From: Candidatus Bathyarchaeota archaeon
Lineage (GTDB): Archaea; Thermoproteota; Bathyarchaeia; Bathyarchaeales; Bathycorpusculaceae
DNA: 64,000 nucleotides
Reading direction: 5' to 3'
Assembly (NCBI GenBank): GCA_963768425.1
Contig: CAVYHV010000009.1
Location: 160,001 to 224,000 of the forward strand
How positions within the stretch are numbered: the stretch's first letter is position 1; every line of letters starts with the position of its first letter. Positions 62,584 through 64,000 of this stretch are shown here, one piece after another. Made by a program: the position numbers and the translations under genes. The notes beneath the pieces were generated by a model. That model had not been told where the DNA came from. It saw only the letters and a program-made list of their open reading frames with translations, and ran no database searches.

Positions 62584-64000
62584 TTGCTCAAACTATATGG
62601 AAACAAGGCAAGCACCTTCGCCGTTTTAATAATACTCACCTTTGCGATAAGTTTCCCTGGAATAGCATCGTCAGCAAAGGCAACAACACAAAGTATCGGC
62701 TGGACCGCACATCCCCTCTTTCTAGCCAATCCTGTTTCAACCCCAGGAGCAGATCCCCTCAGCCCAACCCAAATTATCACGGCTTACAACCTTGCGTCAA
62801 CAACAAAAGGTGCAGGAAGGACAATAGCAATCGTTGACGCCTATGACGACCCAACAATAGCCAAAGACTTATCGAACTTTGACGTCTACTTCAATTTGCC
62901 CGCTGCAAACTTCACAGAACACCCAATGTCAGCCCACATAAGCTCAAACAGCGATTGGGCAATCGAAATCTCCCTCGACGTAGAATGGGCACACGCCATA
63001 GCCCCAGACGCAACAATATTACTCGTAGAAGCCAAATCCGACAGTCTAAGCGACCTTATGAACGCCTTAAACTACGCTAAAAGCCAACCAGGAGTAGTCG
63101 CGGTCTCGATGAGCTGGGGCTCCAACGAATTTATCAGTCAAACCCAACCCGCCTATGACGGAGCATTCAACAGCACGACCGGAATAGTTTTCTTCGCATC
63201 CAGCGGCGATAACGGTTCGGGCGTCCTTTGGCCGTTCAAGCTCATCGAACGTGGTTAGCGTTGGCGGAACAACTCTCAACATAAACTCAACAACTGGAGC
63301 AGTCATTTCAGAAACCGCTTGGAGCAAAAGCGGAGGCGGAGTAAGCACTTATGAATCAACCCCAACATACCAATCAACCTACGGGTTGAACTACGGAAAA
63401 CGTGCTACTCCTGACGTTTCCTATGACGCTGACCCAAACACTGGCTTCTTCGTTTACGACTCCACACCCTACGAAAACGAAACCGGCTGGTGGGATGTCG
63501 GCGGAACCAGCGCAGGAGCTCCACAGTGGGCAGCTATCCAAGCTCTCGGACTCAGCGCAAACAACGCCAACTTCTACCAAGACGCAAACTCAACAAGCTA
63601 CTCCTCTTACTTCCAGGACATAACAGTTGGATCCAATGGGTACCCAGCGGGTCCAGGATATGACCTAGCCACAGGTCTAGGAAGCCCAATCACTACCAAC
63701 TTCGCACCTCAAACCACACCCGACTTCTCAATCTCAGCATCACCTAACCCAATCACCATTAATGCAGGATCCTCTGGAACCTCAACAATAACCATAAACT
63801 CCCTCAACGGATTCACAAGCCAAGTCACACTCACTTCAACAGCATCCGGCGGACTAACCACAAGCCTCAACCCCACATCAATAACCCCCAACGGCACATC
63901 CACATTAACCGTAACGGTCCCGACTACCACTGCAGTTGGAACGTACTCAGCTACTGTATCAGGCGTCAGCGGATCAATCAGGCACAGCACGACAATAACG
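62584..64000 (+). CDS. Secreted S53 (sedolisin) peptidase, frameshift near 63235, runs off the window
   Basis: EISLDVEWAH, SMSWG, SSGDNG, VGGT, PDVS, GGTSAGAP, GYDLATGLGSP, then an Ig-like domain. Confidence 0.9.

Noticed and set aside
1-64000. tRNA or rRNA genes
   Set aside because: No cloverleaf or T-loop consensus or rRNA-like tract recognised by eye; tRNAscan-SE and barrnap would be decisive

Overview
Archaeal genomic DNA, most likely Candidatus Bathyarchaeia. This is inferred from PEF-type C-terminal sorting signals, TATA-like promoters and characteristic hypothetical families; there is no marker gene. No rRNA, tRNA or CRISPR array was seen. The window is a cell-surface accessory region with four parts. 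(i) Large secreted repeat proteins: a 16-blade PQQ-type double propeller, an Ig-repeat protein, a tandem jelly-roll protein, a DUF2341/G1-peptidase-like protein, a beta-helix protein, two YVTN propellers and an S53 peptidase. (ii) A surface-glycan locus: flippase, three NDP-sugar epimerases, GT2/GT4 enzymes, two B12-radical SAM enzymes, a methyltransferase, DUF362, an O-acetyltransferase, GT-C-like membrane proteins and wecB. Many of these genes are split by single-base indels that look like read errors. (iii) Mobile debris: a family of ~20-bp IS-like terminal repeats. One inverted pair (55659/59374) encloses a truncated transposase plus a decaying general-stress cassette (CsbD, lmo0937-like, PRC-barrel, pseudo-receiver). 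Another pair sits back-to-back at 48871-48911. There is also a chimeric toxin-antitoxin locus. (iv) An uncharacterised tight three-gene operon encoding a tandem PH-like protein and two multi-zinc-ribbon proteins. A kb-scale G+T to A+C compositional switching is visible inside many genes. All calls were made by eye, without database searches.
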